In this document: positions 19,406 to 27,813 of the stretch, in pieces
Numbering within the stretch: the stretch's first letter is position 1
Layout: each line of letters opens with the position of its first letter
Origin: a candidate division WOR-3 bacterium
Lineage (GTDB): Bacteria > Hydrothermota > Tepidihabitantia > Tepidihabitantales > DTDR01
Reading direction: 5' to 3'
Length of the DNA stretch: 47,438 nucleotides
Assembly: GCA_039801885.1 (NCBI GenBank)
Contig: JBDRVN010000006.1
Location: forward strand, 1 to 47,438
The notes under the pieces: model-generated
What the model was told of the DNA's origin: nothing
Database searches by the model: none
The model's input: only the letters and a program-made list of their open reading frames with translations
Translations under genes and position numbers: made by a program

Positions 19406-20281
19406 CTACTTCTTTTCTATCAGACTAAGTACCTTTTCTTTTTCTGGTTTAGGAAGCACGACGAACCCAACTTCTTCAATTATTCCATCACCTTTTATAA
19501 GTTCCCATTTAATGAAATCTCTTAAGATTTTACCTTTGTTAGAATAAAAATATTCTTTATTAACAATATGATATAATAGCCGCGCTAATGGATATTTAGG
19601 AAGATTATTGATATCTAAGGGAGTATAATATTTCCCATCTTTCTCATTCTTTATCTTTAAAACCTTTATTCCTTTTATTCCTTTAATATATCCCAAACCA
19701 ACATAACCAATTCCGCCTTCGTCTTGAGATACCGCATCAACAATTGCTGCTGTTCCTGCCATCTGTTTCATATCCGGTGAATAATCTCCTTTTAAAACTA
19801 TTTCTTTAAAAAACTCATAAGTTCCGGAAGCGGGATTTCTACCATAAAGAGAGATTGGTTTATCGAAACCTTTCAACTCTTTCCAAACTTTTATTTTTCT
19901 TTGATAAATATCTTTCAATTCGCTTATTGTCAAACTTTCAATTGGATTATTTTCGTTTACAATAATACATAGCAAATCATAGGTAATGGGAATTTCTAAG
20001 TATTCTACATTATTTTCTCTTAATTTATTTTTCTCTTCTTCCTTTAATTCCCTTGAAGAATTGGCACACATTACCTCTTTATCAATCAAACCAGCAATAC
20101 CAACACCGCTACCGCCGCCCATTACGGTAATATTTGCCTTTGGATTTTCCTTTAAAAATCTTTCTACTAAGGCACTTACTAAATTAACCATCGTATCTGA
20201 ACCTTTGATAACCAGTGTCTCTTGACGAGGACAATTTAAAAGAAGCAAAAACAAGGCAAATAAAAGAATAAACCGTCTCAT
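19406..20281 (-). CDS. pstS: Phosphate-binding lipoprotein PstS
   Basis: KGSDTM, GGGSGVG, NSSR, SGTYEFF, GIGYVG, YPLAR. Confidence 0.93.
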   Translation of the reverse strand: MRRFILLFALFLLLLNCPRQETLVIKGSDTMVNLVSALVERFLKENPKANITVMGGGSGVGIAGLIDKEVMCANSSRELKEEEKNKLRENNVEYLEIPITYDLLCIIVNENNPIESLTISELKDIYQRKIKVWKELKGFDKPISLYGRNPASGTYEFFKEIVLKGDYSPDMKQMAGTAAIVDAVSQDEGGIGYVGLGYIKGIKGIKVLKIKNEKDGKYYTPLDINNLPKYPLARLLYHIVNKEYFYSNKGKILRDFIKWELIKGDGIIEEVGFVVLPKPEKEKVLSLIEKK

Positions 20282-20292
20282 CTTTCTCCTTT

Positions 20293-21276
20293 TTAGAAGT
20301 ATCCTTGTAATTGAAAGATAAGTTTTATTAATGTGTGCTTTTCCGCATATTTATAATAGGCGATATTGGGCATTACTTTTAAGTTATCTCCGTAAACAAA
20401 GTAATTTAGTCCAAAGGTAAATCCCATTTCCTTATTAGCATTGCTATCTTTTTTTCTAAAGTCAAATCGGAAAATTGGCTGGATTTTGTCGATTTGGTAA
20501 CCGAAAACTCCGTAAAAACCTTGTGGTTTTTTAACTGGTTCTTTTTCTTCTCTACCCATAAGATATTCAAATATTATTGTGAAAGGTGATTTTGTATAAC
20601 CTGCTTCTAAACCTAACCGAAGATAAGGAAGTAAGTCTTTTATTTCACCGATTCCTGTTTTTCCATAATAAAAGTTTGCACCGATAAAACTTTTTTCTAT
20701 TGGTTTTAATATAAACCTGCCCGAAACATCTTTCCATTCATTATCATCCGTAGGCGCTGTTCTTCCTGTGCCATTTACGAGATTAAGATTTATTTCAAAC
20801 ATCTTTGCTTTATAGAAGAACCCTAAACCGAAATCCCTCGTTGAGACTGGAGACCTTAAAGAAGAAATTAAAGAACCTTCAACAAAATGGACCTTATGAG
20901 CAGATGTGGCAATCTCATATCCTAAAAGTTGTTTGAATTTACCTAAACGGACTTCTGTCTCTTTTGTTGGTGTGAGAGCTACATACAAATCATAGGAATA
21001 CCAGTCCTTACCAGCAATATCAAAATAAACCTTTCCGTAAAAGATATTTTCGTATTCCAATTTGAAATCTAAATAAGTTCTTGGAATATAAAAAGTATTT
21101 GTGCGTTTGGTCGTATTATCTTGTTTTTCAATAGAAAAGAGATATCCGCTGAGAATATGGGGATTCAAGGTGAGTTTGAACTGGTCTTTCTGATACTCAA
21201 TCGCGTAAGAAAAATTGATTAAAAAAATAAAAAAAACTACAATAATTAATTTTTTAACTATTTTTTCTTTCATCAT
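20293..21276 (-). CDS. Phosphate-selective porin (OprO/OprP-like)
   Basis: Signal peptide, GKFKQ..G.E, RD.G, NG.G, amphipathic strands, terminal Phe; co-oriented with pstS. Confidence 0.82.
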   Translation of the reverse strand: MMKEKIVKKLIIVVFFIFLINFSYAIEYQKDQFKLTLNPHILSGYLFSIEKQDNTTKRTNTFYIPRTYLDFKLEYENIFYGKVYFDIAGKDWYSYDLYVALTPTKETEVRLGKFKQLLGYEIATSAHKVHFVEGSLISSLRSPVSTRDFGLGFFYKAKMFEINLNLVNGTGRTAPTDDNEWKDVSGRFILKPIEKSFIGANFYYGKTGIGEIKDLLPYLRLGLEAGYTKSPFTIIFEYLMGREEKEPVKKPQGFYGVFGYQIDKIQPIFRFDFRKKDSNANKEMGFTFGLNYFVYGDNLKVMPNIAYYKYAEKHTLIKLIFQLQGYF

Positions 21277-21294
21277 CCTCCCTTGTTAACATTA

Positions 21295-21322
21295 ATTATA
21301 ATAAAAATTTTTTAAAAATCAA
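21295..21322 (-). promoter_or_regulatory. Promoter of porin-pstS
   Basis: TTGATT-16 bp-TATAAT, then GGAGG SD. Confidence 0.55.
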
Positions 21323-21363
21323 TTAAGAAGTTAAAAAATTTTTAGACCCTAAAGATTAATATT

Positions 21364-22782
21364 TTATTTTACTATCAGTTTAATAATACCTTTTTCTTTA
21401 CTTGTCTCTAATACTAAGAAATAAATACCTTTTACTAAATTATTAACTAAGATTTTCAATTTGTGATTACCGGCAGGAAGGTATTGATTGTAAGTTTTTA
21501 ATAAATAGCCTGAATTATTATATAGTTTTAAAACGACATTATCAGAAAGAGCAAGATGGTAATAAATTGTTGTAAAGAAGTTACAAGGATTGGGCAGAGC
21601 TTTCAAAGATGATAAAATTTTATTTTCTTTTTCTTCTTTTATAAAAACTTGTGGATATCCTTGAAAGGCATAAAATATTCCATTCATATGACCAAAATAA
21701 ACACGGTTGCCAGGACCGATTGCCGGTGAAGAAAGGAAACTCTGACTTGAAGAAATTGAACGAGAACAGAGAATTTGACCGTTTGGTGAGACCACATAGA
21801 AATTTCTATCAGAACCAAGATAAATATTTCCTAAGGAATCAATTGCCGGTGCTGAATAACTGCTAAAACCAGAAAGTGACCAACGAATATTACCGGTACG
21901 AGAATCAACACAATAAAGTCTACCGGAAGCATTGATATATACTGTAGAATCATAGGCAATCGCTGGACAACTATAACCAGAAGAAGCAAGATTAGTCTGC
22001 CATTTTAAACTACCGTCAGGTTTGATTGCATAAAGAAGATAATTTGAATAGCCAACACTTATATAAATAACCGAATCATATCCTACTGCCGGTGTGGCAA
22101 AATCTGCTTCGCCAAGAAGATTATAACTCCAAGCAAGAGAGCCGAAAGGATTAAATGCCCAAAGTTTGTTTTGACTTGCCCGAGTAGTGGCAATATAAAT
22201 TCTACCGTCACGACCAATCGCCGGTGAAGAATTCACATCTCCCTCTAAATAAAAAGCCCAAACTAAATTGCCGGCAGGATCTAAGGCATATAGACTCTCT
22301 GAATAACAAGCAAAATATACCTTTCCATCGTTACCAATTACTGGTGAATGACTAATAGAAAGTAAATTATGAGTAGGCCAGGACCATAATATCTCACCAT
22401 TAGAATTAAGTTTTATCAATTTTCTACTTGTCGTCACATAGATATTGCCGCTATCATCTAATGCCGGTGTTGAAAAATAAACTGTTGCTCCCAAGGAAGT
22501 ACGCCACAAAAGTTCACCATTGGAATTTAAACAATATAAATAACCGTCCCGCGCACCAAAAATTATCCTTCCTAAATTATCCACTACTGCTGAACCAGAA
22601 ATTTCAGCACCAACATTATATGTCCAAGCAATTTCCAAAGAATCACCTACAATAAAATTAGAACGTCCAGTTCTTTGAGAATCATAATGATAACAAGCCC
22701 AAGGATGAGTTTGAAAATTTTCACCGAAAAGAACAAAGATTCCCAAAAGAAAGAAAAATATTAAAAACTTTTTAACCTTCAT
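21364..22782 (-). CDS. Secreted PQQ-like beta-propeller protein with T9SS type A-like C-terminal domain
   Basis: Signal peptide; W..Y.YD.QRTG; repeated SSPAIG.DG.IY blades; PNP...LYN.SG...GIYF...KLIV CTD; start moved to ATG 22782 behind GGAGG. Confidence 0.88.
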   Translation of the reverse strand: MKVKKFLIFFFLLGIFVLFGENFQTHPWACYHYDSQRTGRSNFIVGDSLEIAWTYNVGAEISGSAVVDNLGRIIFGARDGYLYCLNSNGELLWRTSLGATVYFSTPALDDSGNIYVTTSRKLIKLNSNGEILWSWPTHNLLSISHSPVIGNDGKVYFACYSESLYALDPAGNLVWAFYLEGDVNSSPAIGRDGRIYIATTRASQNKLWAFNPFGSLAWSYNLLGEADFATPAVGYDSVIYISVGYSNYLLYAIKPDGSLKWQTNLASSGYSCPAIAYDSTVYINASGRLYCVDSRTGNIRWSLSGFSSYSAPAIDSLGNIYLGSDRNFYVVSPNGQILCSRSISSSQSFLSSPAIGPGNRVYFGHMNGIFYAFQGYPQVFIKEEKENKILSSLKALPNPCNFFTTIYYHLALSDNVVLKLYNNSGYLLKTYNQYLPAGNHKLKILVNNLVKGIYFLVLETSKEKGIIKLIVK

Positions 22783-23884
22783 TTTCAACCTCCTTTAAAT
22801 AATTTTTAACTCTTTTAATAACTTCTTTAACTTCTCTCACCTTTAAAAAGGGATACAAAGGTAAACTCAAAACCTCTTTGGAAAATTTTTCTGCCCTTTT
22901 ACATCCAATTATCCTTGAATTATTTTTAAAAATTGGTTGATAATATAATGGATAAGGATAATAAATCTTTGTTTCAATCCCCAATCTCTCTAAATAACTT
23001 TTTAATTTTTTATTATCTTTTACTCTTATTGTGTAAATATTATAAGAATGGATTTTATTACTCTCTTCTTTTGGACAACTTAAAAAAGAACTTAAATTTT
23101 CATTATAGATCTGGGCAAATTCTCTTCTTTTTTCTAATAGAAATTTTATTTTCTTTAATTTTATTCTTAAAACCATCGCTTGAATGGTATCTAAACGGGA
23201 ATTAAATCCAATATCATCAACAAATTCTTTTTTTAAATCGGGATTTCTTAATTCTTTTATTTTCTTATAAAAATAAAAAGATTTTGTCAAACACAAGCCA
23301 CCATCGCCAAAGCAAGATAAATTCTTTGTTGGATAAAAAGAGAAACAACTAATCTCACCAAAAGAACCACAATAATTATTTTTATATTTTGCCCCAAAAC
23401 TTTGGCAACAATCTTCTATTAAAAAAAGTCCGTACCTATTTTTTATATCCATAATCTCTTCCATATCACAAGGAAGCCCAAATAAGTGAACGATTATTAT
23501 TCCCTTTGTCTTTTTAGATATTGCTTTTTTTATCTCTTTTGGCGAAATATTGTAATCTTCTTTGATATCAACAAAAACTGGTTTTGCTTTTACTTTTAAT
23601 ATTGCCAAGGCAGTGGAAATAAAAGAAAAAGAGGTGGTTATTATCTCATCTCCTTCTTTTACCTTTAATGCTTTTAATGCCAAAATCAAGGCATCAGTCC
23701 CGGAATTAACACCTACCGAATAAAAATTATTATTAGAAGAAAAGAATTTAGAAAAGTCCTTTTCAAAAAGTTCTAACTCCTTTCCTAAAATATAATCACC
23801 CTTTTTTAAAAAATTATCTATTTTGAAATCTCTTTTAAAGAATTGATATTCTCTTTTTAAATCAATGAAAGGAATTTTCACCAA
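22772..23884 (-). CDS. DegT/DnrJ/EryC1/StrS PLP-dependent sugar aminotransferase
   Basis: NSGTDAL, VHLFG, IED..Q, SFYPTKNL, NSRLD, LSLP. Confidence 0.95.
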   Translation of the reverse strand: MVKIPFIDLKREYQFFKRDFKIDNFLKKGDYILGKELELFEKDFSKFFSSNNNFYSVGVNSGTDALILALKALKVKEGDEIITTSFSFISTALAILKVKAKPVFVDIKEDYNISPKEIKKAISKKTKGIIIVHLFGLPCDMEEIMDIKNRYGLFLIEDCCQSFGAKYKNNYCGSFGEISCFSFYPTKNLSCFGDGGLCLTKSFYFYKKIKELRNPDLKKEFVDDIGFNSRLDTIQAMVLRIKLKKIKFLLEKRREFAQIYNENLSSFLSCPKEESNKIHSYNIYTIRVKDNKKLKSYLERLGIETKIYYPYPLYYQPIFKNNSRIIGCKRAEKFSKEVLSLPLYPFLKVREVKEVIKRVKNYLKEVENEG

Positions 23885-25127
23885 GTAAGAAATAGACTCC
23901 TTTCTTTAAATAGTTCACTTTTTGACCACTTATGTTATAAAGAAACTTATCTCCTTTTTTATCTCTTAAAATAATAATCTTCTTTATCTTCTTATCTTCG
24001 CTATTTTTCTCTTTGATACCAGAAAAGGGACGACTCTTTAAACAAAGGATTTGATAATTATTCCCATCTTGGTGGCAAACTAAGAGATAACCAAAGTTAT
24101 TATTATCAATAACTATTCCACCACTTGCTGTCCTGCCATCTGCCAAAACTTCCGAATTTATCCAACGATTAGTAAAATTAGAAGAGTGATAGATCATTCG
24201 GGTAGCAATATTACCATTTATTCTTTCCCAAGAGATATGAACTCTATCATCTTTTACAAAAAAGCTTCTCATATCGGCACTATTGGTATCGGTCATCAAC
24301 TCGTAGGGTTCCCAAATTCTTGAATTTGCTGGTCGGTGAAGATAGCAACTCCTTTTTCTTGTTCCCCAACCATCATCACCGGAAGCACAAAGGAAAAGTT
24401 CACCATTCTCTTTACTATAAATTGCTGAATTATAATCATAAAGATTAGCGGTTGTTAAAACTTCGTATTGAAAATTTGTATCACCTAAAAAGGAGTTTTC
24501 TGCGTGATGGATATGATAATCGGGATAATTGCCTCCCCGATAACTAATATGACAAATACCTTCTGGCGAAACTGAGATATAAGGACTGGCTCCTAAACCA
24601 AAATCGCCAATCTCACTATTTCTTATCTGATAGATATTAAAAGAATCTAATTTGCCAATAAAATAATAAAGTTTATAACCACTGCCTTCCAAACTTTTTA
24701 TCCAAACAATATGAGATAGATTATTTCTAAAAGAAATAGTTGGCGAAGCATCCCACAAATTGTCATTAGTTACTCTTATCTTTTGAAAACTACCATAACG
24801 ATTAGTTAAATAATACAATTCATTATAATTAACAATGGGCGAAGTAAAGGCAATATGAACTTTACCATTTGGTTCGCAAGCAATCACACCGTTAGCATTA
24901 GTGGTTTCAGCTAAAAGAATTGGTGTTGCCCAATTAGAATCTGGCTTCTTACAAGAATAAAAAAGATAATATAAATTACCAACCCTTTCGTGCCAGATAG
25001 TATGCAAAGTATTAAAAGAATCAATTACCAAAGACTGCATTGTCAAAGATTTTGGATTACTATTAACAACAATTGTGTCAATATCTATTGTTACCCATTG
25101 ATAAAAAAGAAGAAAAATAATTATCAT
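23862..25127 (-). CDS. Secreted beta-propeller-like protein with shortened CTD
   Basis: Repeats of the type D..G..HI.W/Y....L.Y; tail GIKE...LYNISGQKV..LKKGVYF. Confidence 0.7.
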   Translation of the reverse strand: MIIIFLLFYQWVTIDIDTIVVNSNPKSLTMQSLVIDSFNTLHTIWHERVGNLYYLFYSCKKPDSNWATPILLAETTNANGVIACEPNGKVHIAFTSPIVNYNELYYLTNRYGSFQKIRVTNDNLWDASPTISFRNNLSHIVWIKSLEGSGYKLYYFIGKLDSFNIYQIRNSEIGDFGLGASPYISVSPEGICHISYRGGNYPDYHIHHAENSFLGDTNFQYEVLTTANLYDYNSAIYSKENGELFLCASGDDGWGTRKRSCYLHRPANSRIWEPYELMTDTNSADMRSFFVKDDRVHISWERINGNIATRMIYHSSNFTNRWINSEVLADGRTASGGIVIDNNNFGYLLVCHQDGNNYQILCLKSRPFSGIKEKNSEDKKIKKIIILRDKKGDKFLYNISGQKVNYLKKGVYFLLGENSFH

Positions 25128-25132
25128 AAAAA

Positions 25133-25160
25133 ATTATAATTACCTAATATTGAAAGTCAA
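25133..25160 (-). promoter_or_regulatory. Sigma70 promoter (leaderless) of the 25127 operon
   Basis: TTGACT-16 bp-TATAAT, then 5 nt to ATG. Confidence 0.8.
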
Positions 25161-25334
25161 TAATCAGTTTTTCTCTTATTGTTTTTACTAAAAAGGGCTT
25201 TAAGTTTTAGATTTTAATAACGAGTACTATCTAGGATACTATCATAGGGATAACCCTATACCTACATAAGTCTTTGATTTATAAGAACTTATAAGTATAT
25301 ACCCCCTCCCCCTATCAAAATTAATCTTCTTTTC

Positions 25335-25362
25335 TTGACTTTTTTATATATTTTTATATCAT
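25335..25362 (+). promoter_or_regulatory. Sigma70 promoter (leaderless) of the tandem nitroreductase gene
   Basis: TTGACT-16 bp-TATCAT, then 5 nt to in-frame ATG 25368; the ORF track's TTG start is the -35 box. Confidence 0.75.
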
Positions 25363-25367
25363 TATTT

Positions 25368-26687
25368 ATGATTAATTTTATCTTTATTTCTTTTCTTATC
25401 TTACAAATTGAAACCTTGCCTCCGCCAGTGATTAATAGAAATTCTTTTGAACTTCTCAGTAATAGCCGATATTCTTTCCATTCTGGTTTTAGTAGCAACT
25501 TATCGGACCAAGTTTTAAGTAATATCTTATGGGCAATGGCTAAAGCACCACAGATTGGTTCTTATCGGGAAATATACATTGCCAAACCAAATAACTTATA
25601 TTTATATAATCCGGAAAGCCATACCTTAAATTTGCATCTTACTGGTAATCGACGTTCTAATAGTAATTCTGCTTTTGAGATTGGTGTTGCTACTGAAAGA
25701 TATGAAGAAGCCGGTTTTATTATTCAACTTGGTCTACTTGCTGCTACCAGTTTTTGGGATTCTCTATCTAATGCTGTTTCCTGTCCAATGCAAAGTGCCA
25801 CAAATTATGCGAATAATAACTGGTCACCAATCCATCCAGTTAGACTTGTTAATGTTTATGGTTTCTCTCAAAGAAGGGGAATTGATACAACTAATATTGC
25901 TATCTCTTCTGATTCTTCTTTACCAAGACCGGTAATCTATCAACATGATACTTTTGAAATATTAATAAGAGATTTAAGTTTTGATACGATTTTTTTACCC
26001 TCTCCCCTATCTATTGAAAAAATTTCCCAAATCTTATGGGCAGGATATGGTGTTACACCCCATCTAACTGCCAATAATCGTCGGGGATTAACTGTTCCCA
26101 GTGCCATTGCCAATTATTATTTAACTCAAAAAATCTATCTTGTTAATGAATATGGTGTTTATCGTTATCATAACCGCCTACCACCAGGAACAAATTTAAC
26201 AACTGCTGACCATAGAATTGAAATAATTGTTAATGAAGATCGAAGAAATGCTTTAAGAAATGCTATTCCGAGAATTCCCCAAACGGCACCAGTTTATATT
26301 GTTATCTGTGTTGGCGATACCAGTTCTAATTATCATCTCTTAGAAGCTGGTTTTGTTGGTATCCAAATGTTATTACAGGCAAAATCTTTAAATTTGTCTT
26401 CTTCTTTAACTCTGCCTTTATTACCTAATGAAAGAAATTTAATAAGAGAGGTTCTTTCCTTACCCAGTTCTGATTTTCCAGTAATTATCTTTTCTTGTAG
26501 TGAAAAAATTAGCAGAATAAAAGAAGAGAAGAAAGGAAAGAAGGAAAGTTTTGGGAGATTTAAGATCTATGACTTTTTAGGAAGAAAGATATTAGAAACT
26601 AATAAACCACTTGATACTTCTCGCCTTAAAAAGGGAATTTACTTTGTCTTTTATCAAAATCTTTGGAGAAAAATTGTTGTTGACTAG
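25368..26687 (+). CDS. Exported tandem SagB/ThcOx-like nitroreductase-fold protein with CTD
   Basis: Two copies of LP.P...LS....S.ILWA...Y.Y...EAG...Q..L; TVPSA in the second copy; tail IYDFLGRK...LKKGIYF...KIVV. Confidence 0.78.
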   Translation: MINFIFISFLILQIETLPPPVINRNSFELLSNSRYSFHSGFSSNLSDQVLSNILWAMAKAPQIGSYREIYIAKPNNLYLYNPESHTLNLHLTGNRRSNSNSAFEIGVATERYEEAGFIIQLGLLAATSFWDSLSNAVSCPMQSATNYANNNWSPIHPVRLVNVYGFSQRRGIDTTNIAISSDSSLPRPVIYQHDTFEILIRDLSFDTIFLPSPLSIEKISQILWAGYGVTPHLTANNRRGLTVPSAIANYYLTQKIYLVNEYGVYRYHNRLPPGTNLTTADHRIEIIVNEDRRNALRNAIPRIPQTAPVYIVICVGDTSSNYHLLEAGFVGIQMLLQAKSLNLSSSLTLPLLPNERNLIREVLSLPSSDFPVIIFSCSEKISRIKEEKKGKKESFGRFKIYDFLGRKILETNKPLDTSRLKKGIYFVFYQNLWRKIVVD

Positions 26688-27813
26688 AAAGTATATCCCT
26701 TTCTTTCTTTTTATCTTCTTCTCTTGTGTTCCTTTCGTAAAAAAGGGCAAGATATATGAACCAAATATTCGTGTCTTAATTGCTTTTGAACAAGATACCT
26801 TTTCTTTAAAAGGCTATTTTACTTTAACCCAGAAAGATAAAAAAATTGAAATAAGAGGTGAATTAATTAAAATAAAAGATAACAAGATATTTTTAAAAGA
26901 TTCCCTTTTGTTTGATTTTACTTTTGAGCCGGTTATTTTAACTCCCTATCCTAATACTAATCTCTCTTTTGGAGATAAAATCTATCGGGGATATTTCAAA
27001 ATTGTTTATGATGCTGTTTGGAAGTATAAAAAACCTTGTTTAGTAAATATCTTGCCATTAGAAGAATACCTTTTTTCAGTTGTTGCTTGTGAGATTGGTC
27101 CTATTGATGAGAAAAATTACGAAAGTGCCAAAGCCCAAGCAGTAGCGGCAAGGAGTTATGCACTATTTAGAATACTCCAAAATCAAAGGAAATTTTACGA
27201 TATCTTTGATTCACCTAACTTGGATCAAGCTTACGAAGGTAAAAAAAGAGAAACTTCTTTAACAACAAAAGCGGTAAAAGAGACAAAAGGCGAAGTCTTG
27301 ATGGAAAGTAAAAAAATTTATAAAGCAATGTATCATGCCAACTGTGGCGGTATTCTTTATAATGGCAAAAGGGATTCAGAAAGATATTCTTTATCTAAAA
27401 TGCCTTTTTGTAAAAATAGTAAGAATTATAAATGGGATAAGACCTTAGAAAACAAAGATTTTAGTGAGAGTTTAAAAAGAATAATTAGTTACCAAAAGAA
27501 AAAGCCATTAAGAATTAAAAAGATAAAATTGGAAAGGGAAAGAAAATCCCAAAGAGTTAAAAAAATAAGGTTTTATACTACTGCTGGAATTTTTTATCTA
27601 CCGGGATATAAATTTCGTAATCTCTTTGACTTGAAATCAACTTTATTGGAAGTAAAAATTACCAGAAATAAAATAAAAATTCTCGGTTACGGCTATGGCC
27701 ATGGCAAGGGAATGTGTCAAGATGGAGCAATGGCAATGGCAAGAAAGGGATATAACTATAAAGAAATCCTTTCTCATTATTATCCTAAGAAAAAGATTAA
27801 AAAAATCTATTAA
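26677..27813 (+). CDS. SpoIID/LytB domain lipoprotein (lytic transglycosylase)
   Basis: LEEYL.SVV..E, KAQAVAARSYA, YHANCGG, GYGHGKGMCQ.GA, IL.HYY; FFS-C lipobox; start is one of three TTG codons (26674-26680) after GGAG. Confidence 0.9.
   Translation: MLTRKYIPFFLFIFFSCVPFVKKGKIYEPNIRVLIAFEQDTFSLKGYFTLTQKDKKIEIRGELIKIKDNKIFLKDSLLFDFTFEPVILTPYPNTNLSFGDKIYRGYFKIVYDAVWKYKKPCLVNILPLEEYLFSVVACEIGPIDEKNYESAKAQAVAARSYALFRILQNQRKFYDIFDSPNLDQAYEGKKRETSLTTKAVKETKGEVLMESKKIYKAMYHANCGGILYNGKRDSERYSLSKMPFCKNSKNYKWDKTLENKDFSESLKRIISYQKKKPLRIKKIKLERERKSQRVKKIRFYTTAGIFYLPGYKFRNLFDLKSTLLEVKITRNKIKILGYGYGHGKGMCQDGAMAMARKGYNYKEILSHYYPKKKIKKIY

Noticed and set aside
21281-21363. Pho-box-like TTAA repeats upstream of porin-pstS
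   Set aside because: Only degenerate pairs 11 bp apart in very AT-rich DNA; not distinguishable from chance
7057-25201. 11-bp match AAAAGGGCTTT between two intergenic gaps (7057-7067 reverse strand; 25191-25201)
   Set aside because: Too short and low in complexity to be significant on its own
25296-25315. TATACCCC as a CsoR-type operator, or a G-quadruplex on the minus strand
   Set aside because: There is no complementary GGGGTATA half-site, and only two G-runs are present
25289-25498. 69-aa minus-strand ORF
   Set aside because: It overlaps the nitroreductase promoter and 5' end, and has no SD, promoter or motif
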